This document shows positions 25,887-39,659 of a stretch of DNA of 64,000 nucleotides, one piece after another. A program made the translations under genes and the position numbers. The notes under the pieces are model-generated. The model was not told where the DNA came from, searched no databases, and saw only the letters and a list, made by a program, of their open reading frames with translations. Where the stretch lies: NCBI GenBank assembly GCA_951406725.2, contig OX597815.1:210490001-210554000 (forward strand), written 5' to 3'. The stretch comes from Octopus vulgaris (lineage: Eukaryota). Position 1 is the first letter of the stretch; each line of letters opens with the position of its first letter.

Positions 25887-26304
25887 GTATCTTTTCTCTT
25901 TTCAAAGAAAATATTTCTCCCAGCGTTCACTATTTTCCTCTCCTCATGGTCTAACCACCCTCCATGTTTGTTTTCGTTCGGCTTCCTCGTATGTTTCTAC
26001 TATCCTGTTTTTCTTCCCAGCTTTGACCCTCCATAAATCTCTTTGTTAACGCTACTGTCTTAGCATTACACCAGCGAATTAGCCTCCTGTTTCTGTGCGT
26101 TCGTGTCCCACGCCGATGAGATGGAGTACTTTTTTCTCTCGAGGGGTTATATGCACTATTATTAAATTATTTTCCTTACTCATTGCACGTTGATCACTTT
26201 AAGTTTATATAAATACCATTGTTATCATTTACAGGATTGTAAATCTCAGCACCATAAAACAAAACCATTCGCACTGAAATATATATATGTGTGTGTAAGT
26301 GTGT

Positions 26305-26545
<241 letters not shown>

Positions 26546-26668
26546 GACTGAAAAGATTCGAAACAAAACTTTCCACGTCGTGAAGTATAGTGGAAAATAC
26601 GAAAAGAAGTACAATTCACAGAAAGCTAAGATATAAATACATACATATTTATAGTGGATAAATAAGAT

Positions 26669-26699
<31 letters not shown>

Positions 26700-26810
26700 C
26701 ACACAGACACATACACGCAGATATGTATAAATATATATATATCTATATAAATGTATGTGAGTGTGTGTACACGTGCCTACCTCTATGTATGAATTGAAAT
26801 ATATAATTCA

Positions 26811-26888
<78 letters not shown>

Positions 26889-28144
26889 TTTTTTTATGTT
26901 TAATAAAATGAATGCAAGATCTATATCGGAACTACGTTTGATGTATAAAATTATGTTTCTGTCATCAATTTGTCTGTTTACCATAAGGGGGTTATGAATA
27001 CTCAGAGTTCTATATAACGAAAAACTAACAGTTTAGTTTGATGTCAATATACATAATTTCGAATGTCGCACATCAGTTAAACATTCAAATGAATAAATTA
27101 ATGTAATAATTATAAAAATAAATAATCAAAGCAAAATCCTAAGGGGAATGTTAAATATTTCCATTTTATTTCAAACTTATAAGGTGAAATATAATTGTCT
27201 TTGATTTATGCAAAAGACCACCAGTTTTGAATTGACAGTTGAGAAGCTGATGTCCATAATAGTAATACAATATTCCGGTATTTCAGGGGCCGCTAAACGA
27301 TGGAGGGCAAAAATGGCCTTCGTCGGATCAGAACTAAATAATGCGTAATGTGATGTAATGCATTATACGAGACGGTATATTCCGGTGTGTTTATGCATAT
27401 ACATATGTGCTCAAGATATATTAAAATCTATTATGTGAAAATTGTACACATCGCAGCAAATTTTCAGTCGAGTGTAATGCATAAGAAAGCATAACTTCTA
27501 TATTAAATAGGGCAAGTCTCTCACACTGAGCATTTTGGTAGAGTATTTCGTCCCCTATAATATTTTTTCCCTATTTTTCTATTTGCAAGAAAATATCAGA
27601 CGCTTAAATGGTTCTTGAAGAAAGTCGGATGCAGGTTATTTTACATACAAAGAACGGTACAGGACATTCGGTATAACTCAGGCTTGTATTTGTACGGTGT
27701 GTGTATAGGTATGATTGAATGTCGTGTTTATCTATCTATCTCTTTATGTATCTATCTATCGATCTGGGAATATATATATGGATAGATAGATAGACAGATA
27801 GACAGATAGACAGGTAGACGGACTGAGAGACAGACAGTCAGATAGACAGACATATGATGTTTGCTTTTAAGTCAAATCATATTAGAGTCAACGATTACAC
27901 TGGAGAACCATTCAATGATTTTTTTGTTGAGTACATGTTTATTAAACTTTTACCAAAGGTTGCGTGACAATGGCACCAAACATTATATAAACAGAAAGAC
28001 ACAAATATATGCCGTTAGTTTGGTCGTTTGATTTAATGACGGTTGATATTTCTCTCTCTTCCTCTCTTTCTTTCTCACACTTTCTTTTTCTTTCTCTCTC
28101 TCACTCCCTAAACACACACACACACATACACACATATAGTATGA

Positions 28145-28406
28145 ATTAATAGTAGGAGATGGATGTCATATTCGACTTTTATTAGGTACAACATATGTTC
28201 CGACCCATCAGTCTGAGTCTTTTCAGGTACATTATATGACCATCCAGTTCGAGAACTGGATGGGTATTTGACAACAAGGATGCCGACAAAAAAAGTTTCT
28301 AGTGACACTTCTTTATCAATGTACCTGAAGAGACCCAAACTACTGGGTCGAAGCATATATCGTAGCTAATAAAAGTCTAATATGAAATCTATCTCCTACT
28401 ATTAAT
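28145..28406. repeat. Fold-back inverted repeat with an HHR motif in each arm
   Basis: ATTAATAGTAGGAGAT / ATCTCCTACTATTAAT; right arm CTGAAGA-GACCCA-AACTAC-TGGGTC-GAAG-C...GTA (~28322-28366). Confidence 0.8.
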
Positions 28407-28411
28407 TAATA

Positions 28412-28605
28412 CCTATTTCTTTACTACCCACAAGGGGCTAAGCACAGAGGGGACGAAGAAGGATAGACAAACGGATTAAGCTGATTATATCGACCCCAGT
28501 GTGTAATTGGTACTTATTTAATCGACCCCGAAAGGATGAAAGGCAAAGTCGACCTCGGCGGAATTTTAACTCGGAACGTAGCGGCAGACGAAATAACACT
28601 AAGCC
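28412..28605 (-). mobile_element. SINE family B copy
   Basis: TCGACCCCGAAAGGATGAAAGGCAAAGTCGACCTCGGCGGAATT. Confidence 0.85.
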
Positions 28606-28762
28606 TTATTAATTAATTACTACCCCTGAGACGTTACTGAAGTAAATCCAACGGAAGTGTACCACAACTACTGATGACAATATGTCGCCTAAACTGTGCC
28701 GGTGCTCTACTCAACATTTAAACACACTAATCTAATTATACGTATTGTCTAAATTTTCTATA

Positions 28763-28794
<32 letters not shown>

Positions 28795-28807
28795 GAATAT
28801 ATGTGTT

Positions 28808-28851
<44 letters not shown>

Positions 28852-28856
<5 letters not shown>

Positions 28857-28914
28857 CAAGTCAAGATAGAAAATGCTAAAATTATTTTAGCATTTTCTAT
28901 CTTGACTTGTTTTT
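28852..28914. repeat. Perfect hairpin with ~31-bp arms next to (TA)n
   Basis: AAAAACAAGTCAAGATAGAAAATGCTAAAAT-T-ATTTTAGCATTTTCTATCTTGACTTGTTTTT. Confidence 0.9.
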
Positions 28915-28946
28915 TCATATATATCAACTCGTGTGTTCCTTTTCAG

Positions 28947-28999
<53 letters not shown>

Positions 29000-29063
29000 G
29001 GAGTAAGTACATAAATGTGAAACAAGGTGGAAAAAAAAATACTCAAATACAAGAGGTAGAGTA

Positions 29064-29235
29064 ATATGCTTTATTTAAAAGCAGCAGAAATATACCAAAA
29101 GCTGTTACTCAGAGCTTCACATTCCCGTTGGTGAGACAGTTTTGTTAAAATGCATATATATGTCCGACGAACGGGGGCATGAAACTCTGAATAACAGCTT
29201 TTGTAATATTTCTGCTGCTTTTAAATAAAGTATAT
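29064..29235. repeat. Fold-back inverted repeat with a degenerate HHR
   Basis: TTTATTTAAAAGCAGCAGAAATAT / ATATTTCTGCTGCTTTTAAATAAA; right arm TGT-CCGACGA-ACG...-GAAA-CTCTGAA-TA-ACA (~29161-29198). Confidence 0.75.
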
Positions 29236-30009
29236 GTATGTGTGTGTGTGTGTGTGTCCATATGTGTTTGGGTATGTATGTAGGTATGTATATGTATGTA
29301 TGTCTATACATTTATTGATAGCATAAATTTTAGTCTTTAATAACTATATTTGTTGATAGTTATTTAGTTATTATTTTAAATATTTTATAATTGTTAGATG
29401 TGTACTTAAATCTAATATATAAATAACGATTTTTTAGTTAATTAATTTGGTAATTAAATTTTTGAACTATAACTGAGTTAAGGATATTTGAGAGTTCATT
29501 GTGTTTTTTTAAGCTATTTTGTATATTCATAAATATCTCTAATAGTTGACTTCGTTCTATTATAACTTATATATAGCTATTTTCAATTGATAATTTGTAG
29601 TAGTATTTTTCATTGATAAATATATTCGTAGTATTTATTGGATACTATATAACTACGGATTGATAATTTCATTGTACAAGTATTTAGTTGTTGAAGATAT
29701 CTATTTCATTATTTCATTTTAGTTCTTAACTATACGGTTTTTGTAAGTTATTAATTAGCTAACTAGATATATGGATCGTTAAATAGTTATAGCGTTCTTT
29801 TAAGATAGTTTATTTGTTTACAATTTGCTTCTTCATCTTTACTCTTTTAATTTTTCATATATTTCATAAGTAATAATGAATAATTAATTTATTTGGTTTT
29901 TTATTATACGTGTATATATATTTATTGATAGAGATAATTTTAGATCTTAATTCTTATATTTATATACATTTATATATATTCATTGATAATTTAGGTATGC
30001 TAAAAGGAA

Positions 30010-30920
30010 TATTTAAAAATGTGTTATTTAAAGAGGGTATAAAAAGTGTCAAAATTTACGATGGCTTACATTGGTTCAACAAATGATAAACTATAAAGGA
30101 AGAGAGATAAAATTAGGAAGAGAAAAACAAATATCAAATTTAAAATTAATAATATATTAATGAAGTAGTGCTAATTCTTGCAGTACATTATTATCTATGA
30201 AGACCTAGGACCTCAGGGGTAATGATATTAAATTCAATGCAAAGTGGGCAATAATTGGTAGAGCTCAACCATACACAAATAGCCGATATAGAAGTGAACG
30301 ATGTTGTATGAAGATATATGAAATATTCAAATATGGAGATAAAGACAACCTAATTAATAATAAATTAGATCTTAGGGCGCCACGTGTTCATAGTATTACC
30401 CGTACTTTTAAATACCTTAGAAACAGTAAATAACAAAGGCTATCTACTGTCTCTTTGAGGACATAAGTTACACAATGTGCACTATCATTCATAGCTTACT
30501 CTCTGTAATATTATAACCTGCTTGGTAATGTGTTCTAGAGATCCTTAGCACCTTCGATCTTTTATGCATATTACAAACCATGTTGTATTCTCCACCCAAT
30601 TCGTTTATACCTTACGCATTGTAACTCCTCTGTCTAAATTGTGATTGCCCGTATAATTAATCTCTTACCTTTACATCTTATATTGAGCTTATAATTCCAT
30701 TGTTTAAATACTGAAACTCTATATAGCAATTAATATAACCCCCATACACTAGAATTAGCACTACTTCATTAATGTATCATTAATTTTTAATTTGGCATTT
30801 GTTTTTCACTTCCTAATTTATCTCTCCTCCTTAAAAGATTATTTTTTGTTGAACCAATGTAACCCATCGTAAAGTTTGACAATGTTTTACACTCTTTAAA
30901 TACAATATTTTAAAATATTG
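30010..30920. mobile_element. PLE endonuclease relic with an inverted partial copy
   Basis: + strand MAYIGSTN (~30061) and KW..IIGRAQPYTN...DNLINNK; ~30015-30180 is inverted and diverged at ~30750-30915. Confidence 0.65.
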
Positions 30921-32049
30921 TTTTTAACATAACGGTGCTCACATTGCTGGTTACCTTAATCAACTAGATCTAGTATTCCTTTATTAAATCATACTTATTG
31001 CACTCTAACGTGATTTAACCTTATACATCTTTTGAGCTGAAATGATTATTCTATGACTTAAACTAAGAAATAATTATTTATAATTTAAAATGTTATTACC
31101 CAGAAAATTTACACCCTATTAATTATTACAATATGTATTTACCCATTTCCTAAATCAATTCCTTTCATATATGGTGATAAAATTGCTTTTATCGTTACTG
31201 CACGTGGTTATTATATTTTGAACCTCCTCTAAGTACAAAATATATTCATCTAAGATCTATTATTACCTTATTATCTTCATGCAGTTTTATTCTATAACTT
31301 ACAAACATTTCTAAAACCTTTCTTTACTTTTAGCTTTATTTACATTAAATTCTGGTATATTTATTTTTATCTCTACTTCCTTATTTAAAATAATGATTTT
31401 GTTATAATTCTTTTCTATACATATATACCTTTATAATTTCCTGTATATTTCAATATTATTTTATATCTATTTATTCATATTAAATATCTTTTTATAATTT
31501 TTTCTATACAATAATATATCTTTATAATATTTTATAGATTTTAAAAATTTCATATTTTATCATATATTTTCTTATATTTTTATATTCGTTTATTTTATAT
31601 TTTTATAGTTTTTATACTTTTATATATTTTATATCGTTACATTTTTATACATTCATTTATATATTTTTATATATCCCTTATATATATTTTTAAAGATTAT
31701 ATATATTTACAGTTTATATTTTATGTTGGGGGTTATAGGACGTCTTTTTTACTACTGCTGTCTAAAGGTATTTGTTACATTGTTGTTGATTTCTTTTTGT
31801 TCAACTAACCTGTTTTTGTGTTTTTCGAAACACTGTCTGCGTTGTAGCAGATTTTTTTATGTGTCCTCCTTGTTTGAAGGAGAAAACTTGATATTTTTTG
31901 TATTTCATGTTATTCTGCAACGAGTGTATCCTTCAACGAGGAAGATTTAGATTTTGAGAAATTATTAGAAGCAATGGTAATGACCATTCCTGCACCAGCA
32001 AACCAAACAGAAAATACGACAAAGAAAACCGACGACAACTCTCAAAAAA

Positions 32050-32990
32050 ATAATGAAAAAATATGACTAATTTCGTAGCTGAAGTAAAGAAAGAAGACTT
32101 AAAAATTGAACAAAGCGAGCTAGGAAAGTACAACAGTGTCCTTTAAAGGAAGGGGCACAACGTAAAATTGATCCCTCCCAGCAGCGAAGTCACTCACGGT
32201 ACCCAAAAGAATACTATAATATTTAAAACGTATTCCATCAAAAACAAAAGAATTGCCCCCCCCCAAGAGGCCATAGAAAAATATTTACGCCCTATATGGC
32301 ATGACATCGCCTATATATACCAGTGGGAGGAGATATACCACGCTGGAGGTATGTTTTTACAAAGAGGAAAAAGCCAGGCAACATTCGACGACTTCACTCA
32401 AGTGAGCCAACATACCTTGGAAGGCGTACTTCCAGGGTAAAGGTAGGAGAAATAACCGCCCGAGTCTTCTGCTGCCTGGCTCGTAGCTTGGAAGAAAACA
32501 TCACTATCCTTCAAACCATCAAATTTCACCAACAGAGCTGTTAGTAGCAGGAATTAGAGATGTTAAACCAAGCAGTCCCTACCGATCTGGAAGAAATTCC
32601 AGATTCAATATTAATTGGAGAATAAATAAATTTAAGGATCATGGTGGAGGGACGGAAAACTCGTTGTTATAAGTGTGACAAAAAGGCCACATAAGAGCAG
32701 AGTGTACTCCACCACCTGTACCCATACCACCCTCGAAAACTTCTTTAACTCCACCAGCCCCGACTTCATCTGTAACCCCACCACCCTCGAAAACTTCGTT
32801 ACCGCTACCAGCCGCGAAAACTTCTGTACCCCCACCACCTGCAAAAACTACTCTAGAAGCAGGGGAAATGCAGAGAGACAGGAACCTACAGAAGACCTGA
32901 AAACAGTTAAATGAAAAGAAACAGAAGTCGAAACATTACTGGAGGATAAAGACTGGACTATTGCCGGCCCCTAAAATGAAAAAAAGAAGA
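32050..32990 (+). mobile_element. LINE ORF1-like (L1/Tx1-type) CCHC zinc-knuckle relic
   Basis: EEIPDSILIGE*...IMVEGRKTRCYKCDK-(frameshift)-GHIRAEC at ~32590-32706, followed by Pro-rich repeats. Confidence 0.6.
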
Positions 32991-33711
32991 AAAAAGCAGA
33001 ACCCCCACCCAACCCACACAGACACTAATACACCAACCACAAGCACACACGCACCCATTACCACAGACACACAAGATCCCTAATCTCCTCGCCCATCGAC
33101 CCGCAAATCCTGTATAAGCATTACAGCTATTAACGTTGAAAACATATAATTAAAAACAAATGGAAAAAATCACGACAGTAAAACCATTTAACAAACCCCA
33201 AAACCCAAGTATCCCTCCTCGCATTATTTTTACATCACACACACACTCATGCACATATACTTGAGTAAATTTTAAAACACCGAGGAAGGGAAAGAAAGGT
33301 GGGTGTGAGGAATACGCAGTTTTAAGGGGAGATGAGCATGGTAGCTTTTCAGACACAGACACACACGCACATACATACATGTGTTTGCGTGTGTGTTTCT
33401 TCATACATATAAGAATGTGAATGTTATATACTGACATTCAAGGAGTCACATGTGCAGGGCCTAAAATTAGAAAGATACTAGAATATATCAGTGTATATAT
33501 TGGACTGTATTATAGTTACTTGGTGTGTAAATTATTCGAGACGTCTAGAAACACACATTTAAATACAAATGTCTCGGCACCTCTGTCTGTCTGTCTCTCA
33601 CGCTCTTTCTCTTTTACATATATATATATATATACACAACACACACACATACATTTTTTGATATATATATATCAAAAAATGTATGTGTGTGTATATATAT
33701 ATGTATGTATG

Positions 33712-34053
33712 GTTACGACGACGAGGACAGCCTGCTCGTGAAATTAACGCGTAAGTGGCTGAGCACTCCACAGACACGTGTACCCTTAACGTAGTTCTCG
33801 GGGATATTCAGCGTGACACAGGGAGTGACAAGGCCGGCCCTTTGAAATACAGTTACAACAGAAACAGGAAGTAAGAGTGAGAGAAAGTTGTGGTGAAAGA
33901 GTACAGCAGGGATCACCACAATCCCCTGCCGGAGCCTCGTGGAGCTTTAGGTGTTTTCGCTCAATAAACACTCACAACGCCCGGTCTGGGAATCGAAACC
34001 GCGATCCTATGACTGCGAGTCCGCTGCCCTAACCACTGGGCCATTGCGCCTCC
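33712..34053 (-). mobile_element. tRNA-derived SINE (family D)
   Basis: Minus-strand head GGAGGCGCAATGGCCCAGTGGTTAGGGCAGCGGAC...GGTTTCGATTCCC (A and B boxes) followed by a ~270-bp body. Confidence 0.8.
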
Positions 34054-34489
34054 ACATATATGCATATATATATATATATGCGAACATATTAGTCACAAAT
34101 GTATACATGGATATATACATGTGTGTGTGTGTATATGTATGTATGTATTTATGTATGTATGTATGTATGTATATACAAGTTTTTATGCATATAGGTATAT
34201 TATGCATATACTCATCAACATTTTTTTTGCGTAATATGTAAACAGTTCGAGACAGGACTACATAAATTTATTGATTTATAACTGAATAGGGTATACGATA
34301 AGAGAATAATAAGATATAATGCATGATAACACAAACAGTTTGATAAATACATCCCTTCATCAGAAATCGATAACCGTTTATGGATTTCTTACTTTCATGA
34401 TTCTTATCTACGTGCGAAAACAAATCATACTGCTTAACAAAGCAGATAATCATGAAACGGTAATAATAGATACTTTTTATATTTCCATT

Positions 34490-34524
34490 ATTATTATCAT
34501 CATGAATATTATTAGTAATAGTAC

Positions 34525-34572
<48 letters not shown>

Positions 34573-34610
34573 TATTATTATTATTGTTATTGTTATTATT
34601 ATTATTATTA

Positions 34611-34654
<44 letters not shown>

Positions 34655-34680
34655 GTTCTTGTTGTTATTATCATTGTAAT

Positions 34681-34713
<33 letters not shown>

Positions 34714-34721
34714 TATTATTA

Positions 34722-34759
<38 letters not shown>

Positions 34760-34830
34760 CATTATTATTATTGTTCTTGTTGTTGTTGTTATTATCTGTG
34801 TAATTATTATAATTATTATTATTATTAATA
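34490..34830. repeat. (AAT)n/(ATT)n compound microsatellite with orientation switches
   Basis: Direct inspection. Confidence 0.95.
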
Positions 34831-35529
34831 TTAGAGGATGTATTATCAAAGTCTGTTTCAGATTATTCTTTCAAAGGATTAAAACAACATATATTATAAG
34901 CTAACACAATAAATTTCTACTTATTGTGGAAAATATTTTTCCTATATATTACATGTTGACAACGATGAGAAACCTTGATTTTAGAATAACGTTTGAAGCA
35001 TTTGGATGCGAATATTTGATACGTGATGACAGCGATTTCACCGTGATTACTTTCGACGTTGTCTGCTCATATACACACAGACACATACGCACATATATAT
35101 ATATATACACTCACACACATGCATACACATATACACACACATACGTTCATCTTTATTGAATCTACATTCTTTATGAATCTTAGATAGTAAAAGAGGAAAA
35201 CAATTACTTCACTTAGACTACTCTGACTAGAATCTAACCTAGAAAAATATCTTTATCAAGAAATTAGGCGGAAAACGATTGTAAAATATTGCAGTAGCAT
35301 GATAACAATATCTAGCAAAGAGCAATAGAATACTACTCATAAATACCCGTAAAAATAGTTCATATTGTAAAGTTTGATCTAAAATTTGACCTAAAGAGTT
35401 CAAATTGTAAAAAGCCTTCTAGAAAATAATTTGGCTTTTATCTGATGTTTTCAAGCGACTAGTTTAAACTTGCCCAAAGCATGTTGAAAGCTACACATAA
35501 GTAAACAATAGAGAGGTCTTAACCCATCC

Positions 35530-36540
35530 ATATGTAGAAACTATCCTTTTAGCTTGAATGTTGTTTCTATGTACATCACTGTCCCAGATGCCCTTTCTCC
35601 CAACTTATTGACGGAACACACAGCCTCCTCTCACATCCATAACTGCGTTTTTATCACAGCTCCAGATATCCATAAATTCTTAATTACTAATGAAGGGGTC
35701 GATTTTACAAAACATCTCTGGACTGCCGATCGGACAAAGCATTTATGGCACATGGCCATCAAAATAAGGATCAGTTTGGACACTCAACAGCTGTCATTAC
35801 TGTACATTTTTGTTTTGTCGGCTATGTACATGACATTCTCATATTAACGTCTCGCGAGAAGGATGTTGAAATATACACGTTAAACAAAATCGATGAACAT
35901 ATAAACTTTAAAGAGGAGAACCTCAATAAGAACAGTTACTCATTTCTGCTTGATTTTAAACACAAATTCACAGACGACAGATACATTTCTACTAACTTTT
36001 AAAGAAAAGCTGCATGTAGGGGACTATTTATAAACTATACTTCATCTCTGCCCATCAAAAATGACTATCTTTCAAATTAGATTTACAGGGTACGCAGTAA
36101 ATACAAGGCGGAACGCAGAAACACCAGCGCCATGCAATTCCGAAAAGATCTGATAAAGAATGGTTATCCAAACTCTTGCACTAAACGCCAGGAAATCATT
36201 AGACCATCTAACAAAACGCACACATTCAATGTTAGAGTGTTTTGTTTAAATCTGAAACATTTTAACGAACAAAAAGCAACTACTGCAGTCGGCTATGTAA
36301 TCCATAAGGTAGGATTAAATATTCACCCGGTACACTGAAGGCTTTCCTTAAGGAGGATCCTAACTAGAATCACAATAAGGCAAAACAATACTTTATGTAC
36401 ATTGCCCAAAAGTCTGATGAAAGATGAAAATATATATCTGTGATCCTACGTGGTATATAAAATCACATGTAGCAACTCTGTTGAATTCTATACGGGAGTA
36501 CCATCTAGCTACAAACAGACTGATGAGTGACTAAAAAAAA
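35530..36540 (+). mobile_element. Degenerate PLE (Penelope/Poseidon-like) RT-thumb-GIY-YIG
   Basis: FSLNVVSMYITVP (cf. SLDVVSLYTNVP), GYVHDILIL (cf. YVDD), LNKIDEHINF, LIKNGYP and YVVYKITCSN...FYTG, in the expected order. Confidence 0.75.
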
Positions 36541-36889
36541 TTACTAACTATATTAAGAAATTTGATTTCGTGTAAGTTACGAGGATCAAAATGATACTGA
36601 CGTTTATGGAAACGAAACTAACCGGCCTTTACAAGGCAGCGTGGACATACAAAGAAAATAGAGGCAAAACATTTTTTCAAAAATTTAAATAGTAATTTCA
36701 GAGGAAAATTCAAAAATGAACATTGTCGAAATAATATCAAAAATATTATCAAAACCTGATGTATACTTGTCGAGGCCTAAAATTAACGTGCCTACTGATT
36801 TTTAGAAATCGTATGTAATTTAGATCAAGGGAACATCACATCCGAATGCTGCTATTTCCACTCCTTAACATTTTGCCCCAGTGTAACCT

Positions 36890-37590
36890 TTCTACGATCA
36901 TGATCTGTGTTGAGCATACATGTCTGAACTAATTCTTGATCTGGGAGCAGTGTATATTACAGGAGAGTGTGATAACGTTAGCGAAAGCAGCAAATTTAAA
37001 GTAGTTGCTTTGGAGTAACCACTACTGCTAGTTATGTTGGCAGCTGGCAGAGTAGATTTACTCCTTACGCTGTTGAGGGTGTTATTGTTAGTGGTGGTGA
37101 ACGATGCCTTGCCAAAACTATATTTGTTGCTTCTCACTATTCCTTCGTATCTCTTCACTCTCAGTGTTGTTTTAATTATTTTTCTTCTGATCGTTTCGAT
37201 ATTGTTAGTGTTTAGTATTTAGATTTTGTTTTTGCTCTTCTTATTACAGTCATTGCTGCAGGGATTGTTTCCTCTGTAAATCTTATTCTTCTGGCTGTTG
37301 ATATTTACCTGGATATTATATTTGTTGTAAATACCCTTTTCTCCGAAACCACAAATATGAGAACAGGAACGGCCGAGTTTCTGGCATAAGGTAGGTGTCA
37401 TTGAATAGAACTGCGGCGAAAAAGTGTTTTAGTAATCATCCTCGTTGCTGAAACCATATCCTTTCGAAACATCTTGATTAGCTATGCTACAAGGTACAGG
37501 TTCAAAAACCTTTTGATGATTTCTATCTTTACAAAAATATTGGTTCCCGTGCGCTGAAACATGCAAGGTTGTGTAATCTTTAAGAGAAAA
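36890..37590 (-). mobile_element. Possible second LINE ORF1-like relic
   Basis: GRSCSHICGFGEKG knuckle-like remnant and a Thr/Lys-rich tail; weak. Confidence 0.3.
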
Positions 37591-37592
37591 AA

Positions 37593-37900
37593 ATCACTAT
37601 CCTTCAAACCATCAAATTTCACCAACAGAGCTGTTAGTAGCAGGAATTAGAGATGTTAAACCAAGCAGTCCCTACCGATCTGGAAGAAATTCCAGATTCA
37701 ATATTAATTGGAGAATAAATAAATTTAAGGATCATGGTGGAGGGACGGAAAACTCGTTGTTATAAGTGTGACAAAAAGGCCACCTAAGAGCAGAGTCTAC
37801 TCCACCACCTTTACCCATACCACCCTCGAAAACTTCTCTAATTCCACCAGCCCCGAATTCATCTGTAACCCCACCACCCTCGAAAACTTCGTTACCGCTA
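37593..37900 (+). repeat. 308-bp near-identical duplicate of 32500-32807
   Basis: Direct comparison shows about 6 substitutions and the same stop and frameshift lesions. Confidence 0.95.
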
Positions 37901-38029
37901 GCAGTAAATAAATGAAATATGAAAATAATCAGTAATACGTTTCAGTAGAGCACACAAGTAACAGTTATTTCAAACTTACAGCACAGAGAGAAGGGTGTTC
38001 GAATAAGGCATTAGGCAATAACAATATCA

Positions 38030-38195
38030 GCATCATTATCAGCAGCAGCAGCAGCAGCAGCGGCAGCAGTAGCAGCCGCAGCCGCCGCAGCACCAGCAGC
38101 AACTGCAGCACACGCATCGTCATCATCGTCGTCATCATCACCATCTTCATCATCATTAACATTATCAACAACACTAATAACAAACAACAATAACA
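38030..38195. repeat. (GCA)n/(CAT)n/(AAC)n trinucleotide tract
   Basis: Direct inspection. Confidence 0.85.
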
Positions 38196-39571
38196 ACATA
38201 AATATTACCGGTTTACACAGATCATATTCCGCCCTGAGCAAACATGCCGATATGAGAAATGACAAAATACAAAATAAATAAAACTGTCACTACATCGACG
38301 GACAGTCGACTGGAGTCGACCCAGCAAACCTTCAGCAGTAATAGCATTAGCTCTTAGTATTCAGGGTTGTTCTTTCCCAGTGGTGATCCTCAATCCACAG
38401 ATCCGTACTGATTGTTAAATACTTGCACTCGATCCATACCGGCCACTCTCAACTAACTTTTATTAAATTCACTGGAGATTTGCTCATTATTGAATATTAA
38501 CTTCTGGCAGAGAATATTTTTCGTTAGTCGCTATCATACCACGGTTTAAGGATTATGTCTAGAGAATAAAATGTAGCCATCAATGCAAAAACGCTTTTCA
38601 ACATGTATCCCTATAAAATTGTAAAGAAGATATGAAATATCTTGTATCCCAATTTTATTGCACTTGTCATTTGAACTGTTATGTCAAATTGAGAAAATAT
38701 TATTGACAAGTTGCGAAGAAACTTTAGGAAGTATATTTGGAGAATTTCTTTGTGCTTTATCAAAATGTTACTTTATGGAATTTCCACGTAACGAAAATCA
38801 TTACATGTAATTAAAGCTTTTAGTACTGAATTTTCTTTTACATCAACTTTAAATGAAACAAAAAACAAGCTAAGATGATACCATTAATGATAATAACAAA
38901 AAAGAAAACAGACATTATAATAATCAATTTCATGACAAAATACAGCGTGAATTCTCATGCATAGAATCTAAATGTAGACTCTTATGGTAGGCGTGCATAT
39001 CTTCGTTTAATTTTCAGAACTCAAAACTGTCATGAATGTTTTGTTTCATGAATAAAACAGTAACGTTCATTCAATGAATAAAGCAGAAATGAAGAAATTA
39101 TACAGAAAGATTCCTTTCAACAATAGAATAACCAATAAATGATGGCAATATACACAGAAGCTGATAGAACATGGCTTTATATTTAGAGATGATACAAAAC
39201 CAACCTGAATGTTTTTCATGGGACAAGTAGAAGAAAATGATATTACACGTGAAGGTTGCAAGCCTTTCAAAGCTGTTGATGTCCGAGCTGACAATCTACA
39301 ACGCGATATTGGCTGAAAATGGTACCACAACTGATTCGACTGATTTCTATATCTTTTACTTGTTTCGGTCATGGGACTGTGGCAATAATAGGGTACTGAC
39401 TTGAAAAGTTTTAGTGGAATAAATCCAACCAATATTTATTTTTTACTTTAGGTATTAATTCCATCGGTATCTATTGACGAGCTGCTTTGTTAGGAGGATG
39501 TAAACAGAACAACACTAGATGTCAAGCGGTGAGTGACAAAAGGTGAGAAGACACAGATACATACACCCCTC

Positions 39572-39643
<72 letters not shown>

Positions 39644-39659
39644 CAAAATGAAACAAGAA

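Noticed and set aside
33975-34053. Possible tRNA gene
   Set aside because: A and B boxes are present but there is no acceptor-stem closure or terminator; it continues into a SINE body.
38011-38265. Poly-Asp/poly-Ala ORF
   Set aside because: Derived from trinucleotide repeats; no exon evidence.
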